The notes beneath the pieces are model-generated. The model searched no databases. It saw nothing but the letters and a program-made list of their open reading frames with translations, and was not told where the DNA came from. A stretch of DNA of 55,660 nucleotides, filler included, from Candidatus Woesearchaeota archaeon (lineage in GTDB: Archaea; Nanobdellota; Nanobdellia; Woesearchaeales; GCA-2685855), in assembly GCA_002685855.1 (NCBI GenBank). It is 4 parts of 4 records of this genome, joined end to end, with 100 filler letters (N's around TTAATTAATTAA, not from the genome) between each part and the next. Parts side by side here need not be neighbours in the genome. Positions count along the whole stretch, not along the records: positions 1 to 17,206 come from NYYS01000062.1; 3 more parts are not named here. The stretch is one strand, 5' to 3'. Position numbers and translations under genes: made by a program. Positions 1 to 9,303 of the stretch are shown in pieces; the first letter of the stretch is position 1; the number at the start of each line of letters is the position of its first letter.

Positions 1-108
1 AAGGAGTTGGAAGGTATTCAGTATAATCCTGTTGAGATTGCCAAGATTGAGTTCGAGAAAGGGAAGATTCCCATTGATATTCGTCGAGTGATGCCGAAGG
101 AGCGGTAG
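1..108 (+). CDS. rpoK: DNA-directed RNA polymerase subunit K (Rpo6), 3' end only
   Basis: Frame 1 reads KELEGIQYNPVEIAKIEFEKGKIPIDIRRVMPKER*, matching the P..IA..E...G.IP..IRR C-terminus of Rpo6. Not in the ORF track. Confidence 0.85.
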   Translation, partial: KELEGIQYNPVEIAKIEFEKGKIPIDIRRVMPKER

Positions 109-141
109 GATTTTTTCCTTTTTGTGAAGGGTGTGTATTTT

Positions 142-1143
142 TTATTTCCTTTGCATTGTATCAACAGGATTGACTCGATATTGTAGTCCGTATTTAGCAG
201 TAGTTCTGTTGAGGTAGCTTTTTAATTCTCGTAATCCAACATCTCCTACAATTCTTAATCGATTTGTTGATTTCCTTCCATTTGCAGGATCTATGTGAAC
301 ACTTACTCCTTGTCTTCCTTCTCTTCTGCCTAGTCCTCTGATAGTTTTTGCAACACTGTAGATCGCTCCGGGGTGATCAAAGTGGGATAAGGTGACATCA
401 TATATTCTTCGTGCTGATAATTGCTCTTCGAGTTTTTCTGATGAGGCTAAAACTTTGGAGATAATGAATTGTCTGAAAAGAGTTTCTTTTTCTGATGGAT
501 TTTCGAGGGAGCTTGTGTGGTCATAACGGTCTTCAAGTGCTCCTCCTAAAAGACTCAGATAGAGTTCTCTGTCTGAAAGAGGAATAACTGCAGCAGGGTA
601 GCCTCGTTGTTGGAGACAGAAGTTTTGTAGGAGTCTAGCGGCTCTTCCATTTCCATCTTCATAGGGATGGATTTTTACCATTTCGATGTGTGCTTGGAGA
701 GCTCTTGTGATGGGGTGTTCATCTGTATATTCTAATATGGCTACTAGCTGATCCATATGATATAATAGTGTGTCAGCAGATGGCGGTGTAAAACCTCCAA
801 AGAGTACCTGTGTTTTACGATAGGATCTAAAATTGTTTTCTTCTGGTTCGATGGTGTGTCCAAGAGGGGATAGGGATCCTACAGATATTCCTAAGGTGCT
901 TAGATGTGAAAGTGCTCTATTGAGCTGTTGGACTCCTTTCCTTCTTTCCTCTTTGGGGTGTTTTCCATGTTCAGGATTATCTTCTTTTTCGAGTGCCAGG
1001 GAATGAAGGTTTGATTCATCTCGTATGGCGATGGCTGTTTCTCTAAGAACAATGACAGAGTATTCGGGATGTGTTTTTATTCTGTCTAATACCTCGTCTA
1101 TTTTGAGAATGCTTTTGCTTTTTCTAGAATCCTCTCTTGTCAT
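142..1143 (-). CDS. Fic-domain protein (putative AMPylase)
   Basis: Complete Fic motif HPYEDGNGRAAR. N-terminal HSLALEKE resembles a degenerate (S/T)xxxE(G/N) inhibitory helix. Confidence 0.9.
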   Translation of the reverse strand: MTREDSRKSKSILKIDEVLDRIKTHPEYSVIVLRETAIAIRDESNLHSLALEKEDNPEHGKHPKEERRKGVQQLNRALSHLSTLGISVGSLSPLGHTIEPEENNFRSYRKTQVLFGGFTPPSADTLLYHMDQLVAILEYTDEHPITRALQAHIEMVKIHPYEDGNGRAARLLQNFCLQQRGYPAAVIPLSDRELYLSLLGGALEDRYDHTSSLENPSEKETLFRQFIISKVLASSEKLEEQLSARRIYDVTLSHFDHPGAIYSVAKTIRGLGRREGRQGVSVHIDPANGRKSTNRLRIVGDVGLRELKSYLNRTTAKYGLQYRVNPVDTMQRK

Positions 1144-1203
1144 AAGAAGGCTAGGAGGACACCATTTATAAAGGTTTCGATGGTTTACTACTTGGAAGTG
1201 GAT

Positions 1204-1971
1204 TCACCAATTCTTCACATACCCTGTGTATCCGAGGCGTTGGGAGAGGTGTTCTGCAAGGATGGGGTAGATCTGTTCTCGTGTGAGTTTTCGTGGTGTA
1301 ATGATGGTGTTGATGGCGGCTGTTCCTACGTTGATGAGGCCGCATCCTATGATTGATTCCTGGTAGTGTTGGGGAATGGGTTCGATGTTGAGGGCAAATC
1401 CGTGTTGTGTGATGCCTCCCCGGGTGTCGATGCCGATGGCAGCGAGTTTGTTGTGGTTGCCTGTTGCGTGTGATCCGCCTTTTTTGTAGAAGAGTGCGCG
1501 TTGTGTTTTTTTTCTTCCATCTGCCATTTCAAAGGAGTCTCGGACGGTGTAGATGTCAGGGATGCTGAGTGCTTTGGTTGTTTGGAGGAGTCCTTGTTCG
1601 ATGCGGGTTTGGAGATCGAAGGTGGAGTGGGAAGGGAGTCTTTCTTGTCCGGTGGGTGAACCCGGGAGGGGTGGGAAGTTGTCAAGTTTGGCTATGAGGT
1701 AGCCGATGAGTTGGCCGGGGCCGTGGTAGGTAATTGAGCCGCCTCTGGTGAGTCTGATGACTTCGTCAAAGATTTTGGGGTTTTTTAGGACGAGTTGTTC
1801 TTTGTCTGGAGGGGTTGCTTCTCCGAGGGTTGCGATGTGGTTTTGGATGTGGAAGAGCAGCAAGTGGTCATGGTCTCCTTGCTGGATGCGTTCTTTGAGG
1901 CGGGTTTGGGTGTTTATGGTTACTTCTCTGAAGTCCATGAGTCCCATGTAGTGGATGTGGAGGAGGGTCAT
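1204..1971 (-). CDS. lipB: Lipoyl(octanoyl) transferase LipB-like
   Basis: Motifs RGGSITYHGPGQL, KLAAIG, HGFALN and GCG(L). Confidence 0.88.
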   Translation of the reverse strand: MTLLHIHYMGLMDFREVTINTQTRLKERIQQGDHDHLLLFHIQNHIATLGEATPPDKEQLVLKNPKIFDEVIRLTRGGSITYHGPGQLIGYLIAKLDNFPPLPGSPTGQERLPSHSTFDLQTRIEQGLLQTTKALSIPDIYTVRDSFEMADGRKKTQRALFYKKGGSHATGNHNKLAAIGIDTRGGITQHGFALNIEPIPQHYQESIIGCGLINVGTAAINTIITPRKLTREQIYPILAEHLSQRLGYTGYVKNW

Positions 1972-2100
1972 GAGGGATGTAAAATGGCAATATTTATATA
2001 TCTGTCTGCTGGCCTGAGTTGTATGAAGAAGATTAAAGTCCTGGGTATTGAAGAGTTGTTCTTAGGGATATTTCTACTTTTGACACGCTGATTCTTGTTT

Positions 2101-2118
2101 GCGAACCTTTTATATAGA
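2101..2118 (+). promoter_or_regulatory. Archaeal BRE/TATA promoter of thrS
   Basis: GCGAACCTTTTATATA upstream of thrS. Similar boxes lie before rpl1 (~5201), the antiporter (~15771), rpl7ae (~26098) and tuf (~29985). Confidence 0.55.
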
Positions 2119-2161
2119 GAGGGTTTCATCCTTTTTGAGGAGATATTTATAAAATTGCTAG

Positions 2162-4051
2162 GTGATGATGATGAAGATTAAGATTGGTGAAAAGTCGTTT
2201 GATGTTCGAGAGGGTATTTCGGGTTTGGAGTTGATGAAGGAGTTTCCAAAGGATGTTCCTCAGCAGGCTGTTGTGATGAGGGTGGATGGGGAGTTGAGGG
2301 ATATTTCTTCGGGTATTGGTAAGGATGCAGTGGTGGAGTTTTTCACATTTGATTCTGATGAGGGGTTGGATGTGTTTCGGCATAGTTCTGCTCATCTGTT
2401 AGCGCAGGCTGTTATGAGGCTGTATCCTGAGGCGAAGACAGGTATTGGTCCGAATGTGGAGCAGGGGTTCTATTATGATTTTGGGAATCTGAAGGTGAAG
2501 GAGGAGGATATTCCTGCGATTGAGAAGGAGATGGAGAAGATCTGTAAGGAGAACTTGGTGATTGAGAGGGAGGAGTGTTCTGCTGATGATGCTGTGAATA
2601 GGTTTGGTGATAATAGGTTTAAGCAGGAGATTATTCGGGATTCAGGGGAGCAGGTTGTTTCGATGTATACGCAGGGTGATTTTGTTGATCTTTGTCGGGG
2701 TCCGCATCTACCGAGGACGGGAATGTTGAAGGCGGTGAAGGTGATGAAGTTGGCGGGTGCGTATTGGCGGGGGGATGCGAAGAATGAGATGTTGACGCGG
2801 ATCTATGGGATTAGTTTTCCTGATAAGAAGCAGTTGCGGCAGTATTTGCATCTGTTGGCTGAGGCTGAGAAGAGGGATCATCGGAAGATTGGGCGGGAGT
2901 TGGACTGGTTTAGTTTTCATGATGTGAGTCCTGGGAGTCCGTTTTTTCATCCAAAGGGTGCGGTAATTTTTCTTGAGTTGATTCGGTTTATGCAGAAGCA
3001 GTACTGGAAGTATGGGTATGATGAGGTTATTACTCCGTTGGTGTATGATAAGGCTTTGTGGGAGACTTCGGGGCATTGGGAGCATTTTAAGGAGAATATT
3101 TTTACATTGGAGATGGATGAGCGTGAGGCCGCATTGAAGCCGATGAACTGTCCGAGTCATTGTATTATTTATAAGAATGGTTCGAAGAGCTATCGTGATT
3201 TACCTTTGCGGATTGCTGATTTTGCTGCGTTGCATCGGAATGAGCTTAGGGGAACGCTTGGCGGCTTGACAAGGGTAAGGAAGATGTCGCAGGATGATGC
3301 GCATATTTTTTGTACTCCTGAGCAGATTGAGAAGGAGTTGTTTGATCTGATTGCGTTTACTAAGTTTATTTATCAGGATGTGTTTGATTTTGATTTTAGT
3401 GTTGAACTTTCGACAAAGCCGGAGAAGGCGATGGGTTCTCAGGAGTTGTGGGATCAGGCTGAGAAGGTGTTGGCTGAGGCGTTGGAGAAGAAGGGGTTGA
3501 AATACACGGTTAATGAGGGTGATGGTGCGTTTTATGGTCCGAAGATTGATTATCATATTAAGGATGCGCTTGGGCGGAGTCATCAGCTTGCTACGTTGCA
3601 GTTGGATTTTCAGTTGCCGGAGCGTTTTGATCTGTGGTATGAGGGGAGTGATGGGAAGAAGCATCGTCCTGTGATGATTCATCGGGCTATTCTTGGGACG
3701 CTGGAGCGGTTTATTGGGATCTTGATTGAGCATTATGCTGGGAAGCTTCCGTTGTGGTTGAATCCGGTTCAGGTGAAGGTGTTGCCGATTGCTGATCGGC
3801 ATCTGGAGTTTGCGAATCGGGTTGTGAGTGAGCTGCATGAGAAGAATGTTCGTGTTGAGTTGGATGCTCGGTCTGAGTCTGTAAATAAGAAAGTTCGAGA
3901 TGCACAGTTGGAGCAGGTGAACTATATTCTTGTTGTGGGTGACAAAGAGGTTGAATCTGAATCAGTAAATGTAAGAACGCGTGAGAATAAGGTTGAGGGA
4001 GCTGTCTCTCTTGGTGATTTTGTGGGAAGGATTTTGACTGAGTTGAACTAG
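2162..4051 (+). CDS. thrS: Threonine--tRNA ligase (bacterial-type, with TGS/SAD editing domain)
   Basis: HSSAHLLAQAV, DLCRGPH, KRDHRKIG, KPMNCP, GAFYGPKID and MIHRAILG motifs. Confidence 0.97.
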   Translation: MMMMKIKIGEKSFDVREGISGLELMKEFPKDVPQQAVVMRVDGELRDISSGIGKDAVVEFFTFDSDEGLDVFRHSSAHLLAQAVMRLYPEAKTGIGPNVEQGFYYDFGNLKVKEEDIPAIEKEMEKICKENLVIEREECSADDAVNRFGDNRFKQEIIRDSGEQVVSMYTQGDFVDLCRGPHLPRTGMLKAVKVMKLAGAYWRGDAKNEMLTRIYGISFPDKKQLRQYLHLLAEAEKRDHRKIGRELDWFSFHDVSPGSPFFHPKGAVIFLELIRFMQKQYWKYGYDEVITPLVYDKALWETSGHWEHFKENIFTLEMDEREAALKPMNCPSHCIIYKNGSKSYRDLPLRIADFAALHRNELRGTLGGLTRVRKMSQDDAHIFCTPEQIEKELFDLIAFTKFIYQDVFDFDFSVELSTKPEKAMGSQELWDQAEKVLAEALEKKGLKYTVNEGDGAFYGPKIDYHIKDALGRSHQLATLQLDFQLPERFDLWYEGSDGKKHRPVMIHRAILGTLERFIGILIEHYAGKLPLWLNPVQVKVLPIADRHLEFANRVVSELHEKNVRVELDARSESVNKKVRDAQLEQVNYILVVGDKEVESESVNVRTRENKVEGAVSLGDFVGRILTELN

Positions 4052-4218
4052 TCTTCGCTGTCTTCGTCGGATTCTTCTGCTTCTGGCGAGGCATCATCTT
4101 CGTATCCGGCGATAAAGGCTTCTTCTTCTGGACTTATTTCGTCGTTCTTTACAGCTTCTTGCCTATAGTCTTCTGAGGTGAGTTCTTCCTCAGCGGGTTC
4201 GTCTGAATCGTAGTGCAT
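4048..4218 (-). CDS. Small, highly acidic hypothetical protein (56 aa)
   Basis: ATG at 4218 lies about 25 nt below a TTTATATA box on the minus strand. Sequence MHYDSDEPAEEELTSEDYRQEAVKNDEISPEEEAFIAGYEDD... Confidence 0.65.
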   Translation of the reverse strand: MHYDSDEPAEEELTSEDYRQEAVKNDEISPEEEAFIAGYEDDASPEAEESDEDSED

Positions 4219-4331
4219 TGTGCCTTTCAAAGGCTGTAGTATATAAATTTTGTGGAATGGGGGGTTTAAAAGAGATTTCGGATTTTTTCCGTTTTTTTGG
4301 GAAAAAATCATTTTAAGGGTGGACATTTTCT

Positions 4332-4859
4332 TTGATGATGAGGCGGGAAAAGGAGTTACTAATTTTAAGTTTAGTGCGGAGGAATGCGCGGAATTCGTTG
4401 ACTGATATGAGTAAGAAGACGCGGATTCCTGTTACTACGATCTATGATAAGTTGAAGGAGTATGAGGGAGATATTATTAAGAAGCATACTGCGTTGATTG
4501 ATTTTAAGCAGTTGGGTTTTGATGTGAGAAGTCAGATTCTGATTAAGTTGGAGAATGAGAAGAGGGAGTTGTGCAGAGTCTATTTGTTGCGGGAGGAGCA
4601 TATTAATTCGGTGTATCGGATTAATAATGGGTTTGATTTTATGGTTGAGGGGGTGTTTGTGAATATGAAGGATTTGAATGATTTTTGTGAGAGTTTGGAG
4701 GAGTTTGGTGTGGTAGATCTGAAGATGTTTTTTGTGTTGGAGGACTTGAAGAGGGAGGAGTTTTTGGCGTATAAGGAGAATGTGGGGATTCAGGGGTTGT
4801 CGTTTGATGATATTAAGGGTAGGTTGGGGTGGAAGGATCAGCGATCTAAATTGGAATAA
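4332..4859 (+). CDS. Lrp/AsnC family transcriptional regulator
   Basis: N-terminal wHTH (LVRRNARNSLTDMSKKTRIPVTTIYDKL), IIKKHTALIDFKQLG linker and RAM domain (VYRINNGFDFMVE). Confidence 0.9.
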   Translation: MMMRREKELLILSLVRRNARNSLTDMSKKTRIPVTTIYDKLKEYEGDIIKKHTALIDFKQLGFDVRSQILIKLENEKRELCRVYLLREEHINSVYRINNGFDFMVEGVFVNMKDLNDFCESLEEFGVVDLKMFFVLEDLKREEFLAYKENVGIQGLSFDDIKGRLGWKDQRSKLE

Positions 4860-5262
4860 TTCTTGTTTTTTCGTGATTTTTTCGATTTTTTTCTGGGTAA
4901 TCTTTTGAAGAGGGGGGTATTTTTGTTGTTTGAACTCTTTTGTTCGTGTCTGCCTGCAGGGGGTGCAGATTTGCTTTGGAGGCCGTTTGTGTTTCCTTTG
5001 TGGGCGGATTATTTTAAAGGGTGCTTTGGTGCTGGTTTTTGAAGGAGTTGTGTGTCCGAGGCCTGTAAAGGGCTCGCCTGAGAGAATAGGACGACATGGG
5101 GGTTTGATGGCTGTTTTATTTATTTATTTTCTATAGTTACTCGAAGAGTAACTTAGGAATGATTTAATGACTATATAGCTAAAAACAAGATCCTTCCCAC
5201 AATCTTTATAAAGAGCTTTGTTTTCCTCAGATTTACCCATTTGACTACCTTGTGTAGGAGGG

Positions 5263-5925
5263 ATGATTATGAATAAGAAAGAGATTCAGAGTGTATTGGC
5301 GGCTTTAAAGGCTGATTCTAAGGAGCGGAAGTTTACGCAGTCGGTTGATCTTATTGTTACTCTGCAGGATCTTAATTTGAAGAAGCCTGAGGATCAGCTT
5401 GATTTTTTTATGACGCTTCCCTACCTTATTGGGAAGAAGCGGAAGGTGTGTGCGTTTGTGGGTCCTGAGTTGAAGGATGATGCTGCGAAGACGTGTGATA
5501 CGACTGTTACGAATACTGAGTTTGATGATTTTAAAAAAGCGCCGCGTAGGGTTAAGACGTTGGCGAAGAGTCATGATTTCTTTATTGCCCAGGCAAACAT
5601 TATGGGGAAGGTTGCTCAGGTGTTTGGTCGTGCTTTGGGTCCGAGGGGAAAGATGCCGAATCCGAAATCGGGCGGAGTTGTTCCTCCTAAGGGGAGTTTG
5701 AAGCCGTTGTATGATCGGTATCAGAAGACGTTGCATATTGTTGCGAAGAAGAGTCCTGTTGTTCAGGCGATGGTAGGGATCCAGGATATGGATGAAGAGC
5801 AGATTATTGATAATGTTCTTTCTACTATTGATCAGATTGTTCATCATTTGCCGAGGGAGAGGCATAATGTGAAGAATGTGTATTTGAAGTTTACGATGAG
5901 TGCTCCTATGAAGGTTAAGAAGTGA
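5263..5925 (+). CDS. rpl1: 50S ribosomal protein L1
   Basis: RKFTQSVDL, GRALGPRGKMP, YLKFTMS; archaeal L1-L10-L12 order. Confidence 0.97.
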   Translation: MIMNKKEIQSVLAALKADSKERKFTQSVDLIVTLQDLNLKKPEDQLDFFMTLPYLIGKKRKVCAFVGPELKDDAAKTCDTTVTNTEFDDFKKAPRRVKTLAKSHDFFIAQANIMGKVAQVFGRALGPRGKMPNPKSGGVVPPKGSLKPLYDRYQKTLHIVAKKSPVVQAMVGIQDMDEEQIIDNVLSTIDQIVHHLPRERHNVKNVYLKFTMSAPMKVKK

Positions 5926-5930
5926 TTTGA

Positions 5931-6773
5931 ATGGCGCATATTTCCAAAGAAAAAAAGCAGGCGGTTGCTCAACTTGTTGAGTTGATGCAGAATAATCCTA
6001 TTGTGGGTGCTGTGAATATGGAGAACCTGCCAGCGAAGCAGTTGCAGATTATGCGGGAGACGTTGAGGGAGAAGGTTACTATTCGGATGGCTAAGCGTCG
6101 ATTGATTCAGGTTGCGCTTGATCAGTCTTCTATGAAAGGGAAGGATAAACTTGTTGAGTATTTGAAGGGGATGCCGGCATTATTGTTTACAAAAGAGAAT
6201 CCGTTTACTTTGTTCAAGATTTTGAAGAAGAATAAGAGTAAGGGTCCTATTAAGGGTGGTCAAACTGCTCCTAATGATATTATTGTTAAGGCGGGTTCGA
6301 CTGAGTTTAGTCCGGGTCCGATTATTGGTGAGCTTGGCGCTTTCCGTATTAAGACAGGGGTGGAGAATGGGAAGGTTGCTATTAAGGAGGATTGTGTTGC
6401 GTGCAAGGAGGGGGAGGTTGTTGATCCGAAGCTTGCAGCGTTGTTGACACGGTTGAAGATTTTTCCTGTTGATATTGGTTTGGATTTGGTTGCGGTGTTG
6501 GAGGAAGGAGAGATCATTCCAAAATCTGTGCTTGACGTGGATGAGGATGCCTATCTTGCTAATCTTCGGTCTGCTGCGAGCGATTCATTAAATCTTGCGG
6601 TCTTTGTGGGCTTTCCGACAAGGAAGTCTACGCAGTTGTTGCTTGGAAAGGCTGCGCGTGAAGCGCGTGCTTTGGCTGTTTCAGAGGGAATATTGACTGA
6701 TGAAACTGTTGGCGATGTACTTTCAAAGGCTGAGGCAGAGGCTTCGGCTTTGAAGGAAAAAGTAAAGTTGTAA
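5931..6773 (+). CDS. rplP0: 50S ribosomal protein L10 (P0)
   Basis: LPAKQLQIMR, GMPALLFTKENPF, APNDIIVKAGST, PGPIIGE. Confidence 0.97.
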   Translation: MAHISKEKKQAVAQLVELMQNNPIVGAVNMENLPAKQLQIMRETLREKVTIRMAKRRLIQVALDQSSMKGKDKLVEYLKGMPALLFTKENPFTLFKILKKNKSKGPIKGGQTAPNDIIVKAGSTEFSPGPIIGELGAFRIKTGVENGKVAIKEDCVACKEGEVVDPKLAALLTRLKIFPVDIGLDLVAVLEEGEIIPKSVLDVDEDAYLANLRSAASDSLNLAVFVGFPTRKSTQLLLGKAAREARALAVSEGILTDETVGDVLSKAEAEASALKEKVKL

Positions 6774-6811
6774 AATTAAATGTGATATACTTATAAATGG
6801 AGGAAAACAAA

Positions 6812-7117
6812 ATGGAATATGTGTATGCTGCAATGTTGTTGCACAAAGCTGGACAAAAAGTTGATGAGGCTTCTGTAAAGAAGGTCTTGGAAGCTGCTGG
6901 TGTAACTGTTGACGAAGCAAAAGTTAAGGCATTAGTTGCTGCACTCGATGGTGTTGATATCGAGGAAGCTGTTAAGTCTGCTGCTGTTGCTCCTGTTGCT
7001 GCTGCTGCCGCTCCTGCTGCTGAAGGAAAACCTGAAGCAAAGAAGGAAGAGAAAGCAGAAGAGAAAAAGGAGAATGATGAAGCAGCTGCTGCCGGACTTG
7101 GTGCTTTGTTCGGATAA
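6812..7117 (+). CDS. rpl12: 50S ribosomal protein L12 (aP1)
   Basis: Starts [11 protein letters not shown] after a GGAGG RBS; Ala-rich hinge; ends [10 protein letters not shown]. Followed by a T-tract. Confidence 0.97.
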   Translation: MEYVYAAMLLHKAGQKVDEASVKKVLEAAGVTVDEAKVKALVAALDGVDIEEAVKSAAVAPVAAAAAPAAEGKPEAKKEEKAEEKKENDEAAAAGLGALFG

Positions 7118-7155
7118 ACCTTTTTAATTTTTTATTTTTTGGAAGATGGTAAACA

Positions 7156-8058
7156 ATGTCAAGAGAAGAAGAGCAAAAGGCTTTAGTAGATGAACTTGCA
7201 AAAATCAGACAAGAGATCACGCAGGTAAAGAAAGATATTACTTTAGCGAATGCTGAAAAGGAAAAAGCGTTCAAGAAGAAGGAAGAGATGCATCAACATC
7301 TTGTTGAAAATGTTTCTACTTTAAAGAGTTCTAAGGATCAGAGGAATTCTCTTACTGGAGAAGTCAGGGAGCTTAAGCAGAAAAGGCGAACACTAAGTGA
7401 GCAGATTAAGAAAAAGATTGAAGAGATTAAGAAGTATGAACAGGAGTATAGGGAAGCGTGCAAGAAGCACAATATTAAGGGGGATCCTGCTCAGTTGAAG
7501 AAGAAGATTGAGAGATTGGAGTTTAAGATTGAGACTGAACCCGGGAGTTTTCAGGCTGAACAGAAGTTGATGAAGGAACTGAAAAAGTTGAAGAAGGAGT
7601 TTCAGGAGTTTAGTGGTGTTACGACTATTACTACGAGGATTAGTGAGCTTTCCCGTGAGATTGATAAGTTGAAGAAGGAGTCGGATGATCTGTTTCGAAA
7701 GACGCAGGATCGTGCTAAGGAATCGCAGACACATCATGAAGAGCTTTTGGGGAGTTCGAAGGAGATTGATGAGTTGAAGAATAGTATGGAAGAGTCGAAA
7801 AATGTGTTTCTTGAAAAGAAGGGAAGGTATAATGAGTTGAACGGTAGGTTAAAAACGCTTCTTGATGATATGAAAAAGATTAGAGGTCAGCTTGATTCGA
7901 GTAAGAAGACTCATGAGTCAAAGAAGAACGAGATTCAAAAGAAGAAGTTGAAGGAGAAGGATATTGAGGTTAAGGAGAAGATTAAGAAGGGGAAGAAGCT
8001 TACGACAGAGGATCTGTTAATTTTTCAACAAACGAGTTCTGAAGAGAAAGAGGTATGA
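7156..8058 (+). CDS. Archaeal coiled-coil protein (COG1340-like)
   Basis: K/E-rich heptads, IERLEFKIET, C-terminal KKGKKLTTEDLL. Confidence 0.75.
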   Translation: MSREEEQKALVDELAKIRQEITQVKKDITLANAEKEKAFKKKEEMHQHLVENVSTLKSSKDQRNSLTGEVRELKQKRRTLSEQIKKKIEEIKKYEQEYREACKKHNIKGDPAQLKKKIERLEFKIETEPGSFQAEQKLMKELKKLKKEFQEFSGVTTITTRISELSREIDKLKKESDDLFRKTQDRAKESQTHHEELLGSSKEIDELKNSMEESKNVFLEKKGRYNELNGRLKTLLDDMKKIRGQLDSSKKTHESKKNEIQKKKLKEKDIEVKEKIKKGKKLTTEDLLIFQQTSSEEKEV

Positions 8059-8825
8059 CTCTTACCTTTGTTGGGTTAGGATTGGGTAGTGCAAAGGATA
8101 TTTCGTTACGGGGTTTGGAGATTGTTAAGGGGGCTGATCTTATTTTTTTTGAGTCGTATACGTCTTTGCTTGAGTGTTCTGTGAAAGATCTTGAGGAGTT
8201 ATATGGAAAGAAGGTTGTTCTTGCTGATCGTGAGTTGACTGAGAAGCGTGCTGATGAGATTCTTGGTCCTGCAAAGGAGAAGCGGGTTGTGTTTCTTGTT
8301 GTTGGTGATGTTTTTTCTGCCACTACGCATACTGATCTGTTGTTGCGTGCGAAGAAGGAAGGTATTAAAGTTGATGTTGTGTTTAATGCTTCGGTGTTGA
8401 CTGCGGTTGGTTTGACGGGGTTGAGTTTGTATCGGTTTGGGAAGACTGCGAGTGTTCCTTTTCCGGAGAAGAGTTTTTTTCCTGAGGCTGCCTATGATGT
8501 TGTGAAGCAGAATTTGTCTTGTGATTTGCATTCGTTGTTGTTGCTTGATATTAAGGCTGATGTGGATAGGTATATGACTGTTAAAAAGGGGATTGATATT
8601 CTTCTGGAGTTGGAGGCAAAACGGAAGGAGGGTGTTATTCGTAAGGATATGTTGTGTGTGGGTTGTTCGCATCTGGGAAGTGATAATGTGATATTTTCTG
8701 GGAGTTTGGAGGAGGTTCGGGAGTTTGATTTCAGGGGTCCTCCGCAGGTGTTGATTATTCCTGGCAGTCTTCATTTTGTGGAGGAGGAGGCTGTAAAAGG
8801 GTTCAGGGAGACGAAATCTTTATAA
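8055..8825 (+). CDS. dph5: Diphthine synthase
   Basis: FVGLGL..KDISLRGLE, ESYTS, VVGDVFSATTHTDL, GLSLYRFGK, LHSLLLLDI. Confidence 0.96.
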   Translation: MTLTFVGLGLGSAKDISLRGLEIVKGADLIFFESYTSLLECSVKDLEELYGKKVVLADRELTEKRADEILGPAKEKRVVFLVVGDVFSATTHTDLLLRAKKEGIKVDVVFNASVLTAVGLTGLSLYRFGKTASVPFPEKSFFPEAAYDVVKQNLSCDLHSLLLLDIKADVDRYMTVKKGIDILLELEAKRKEGVIRKDMLCVGCSHLGSDNVIFSGSLEEVREFDFRGPPQVLIIPGSLHFVEEEAVKGFRETKSL

Positions 8826-8847
8826 AAGCTGTTTTACTTTGAGGTGT

Positions 8848-9303
8848 ATGAACAGGAAAGGGCTTTCGCCGTTGATTGCTACTATACTTCTTATTTCTTT
8901 TGCAGTGGCGTTGGGTGCGATGATTGTGAACTGGAGTGCTGATTTTGAGAGTCATGTTTCAGAATGTGATTCGATGAATTTTCAGTTGCAGGATGTGAAG
9001 GGTGTGAAGGCTATCTGTTTTAATGAAGAGTCTGGAAATTTGAAGTTTGTGTTGGAGAATTCGGGAGAGGTTGATATTTCTTCTGTTTTGTTTCGGACAG
9101 TGGATTTTACGTATGATGTGTATGAGATGGATGTTCCTAGTAGTAAGATAGAGGTAGGAGGTATTTTGAGTAGTGAGATTCTGTATGAGGACGTTGAGCA
9201 GCCAGATATTACGTTGATTCCTCTTGTGGAACATGATGGTGATGAACGTTTGTGTCCTGATCATGCGATTCATGTGGAAAGGGTTTTGCGTTGTGATGCG
9301 TGA
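8848..9303 (+). CDS. Archaeal type IV pilin-like protein (class III signal peptide)
   Basis: GAGGTG RBS, then MNRKG|LSPLIATILLISFAVALG. Confidence 0.88.
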   Translation: MNRKGLSPLIATILLISFAVALGAMIVNWSADFESHVSECDSMNFQLQDVKGVKAICFNEESGNLKFVLENSGEVDISSVLFRTVDFTYDVYEMDVPSSKIEVGGILSSEILYEDVEQPDITLIPLVEHDGDERLCPDHAIHVERVLRCDA

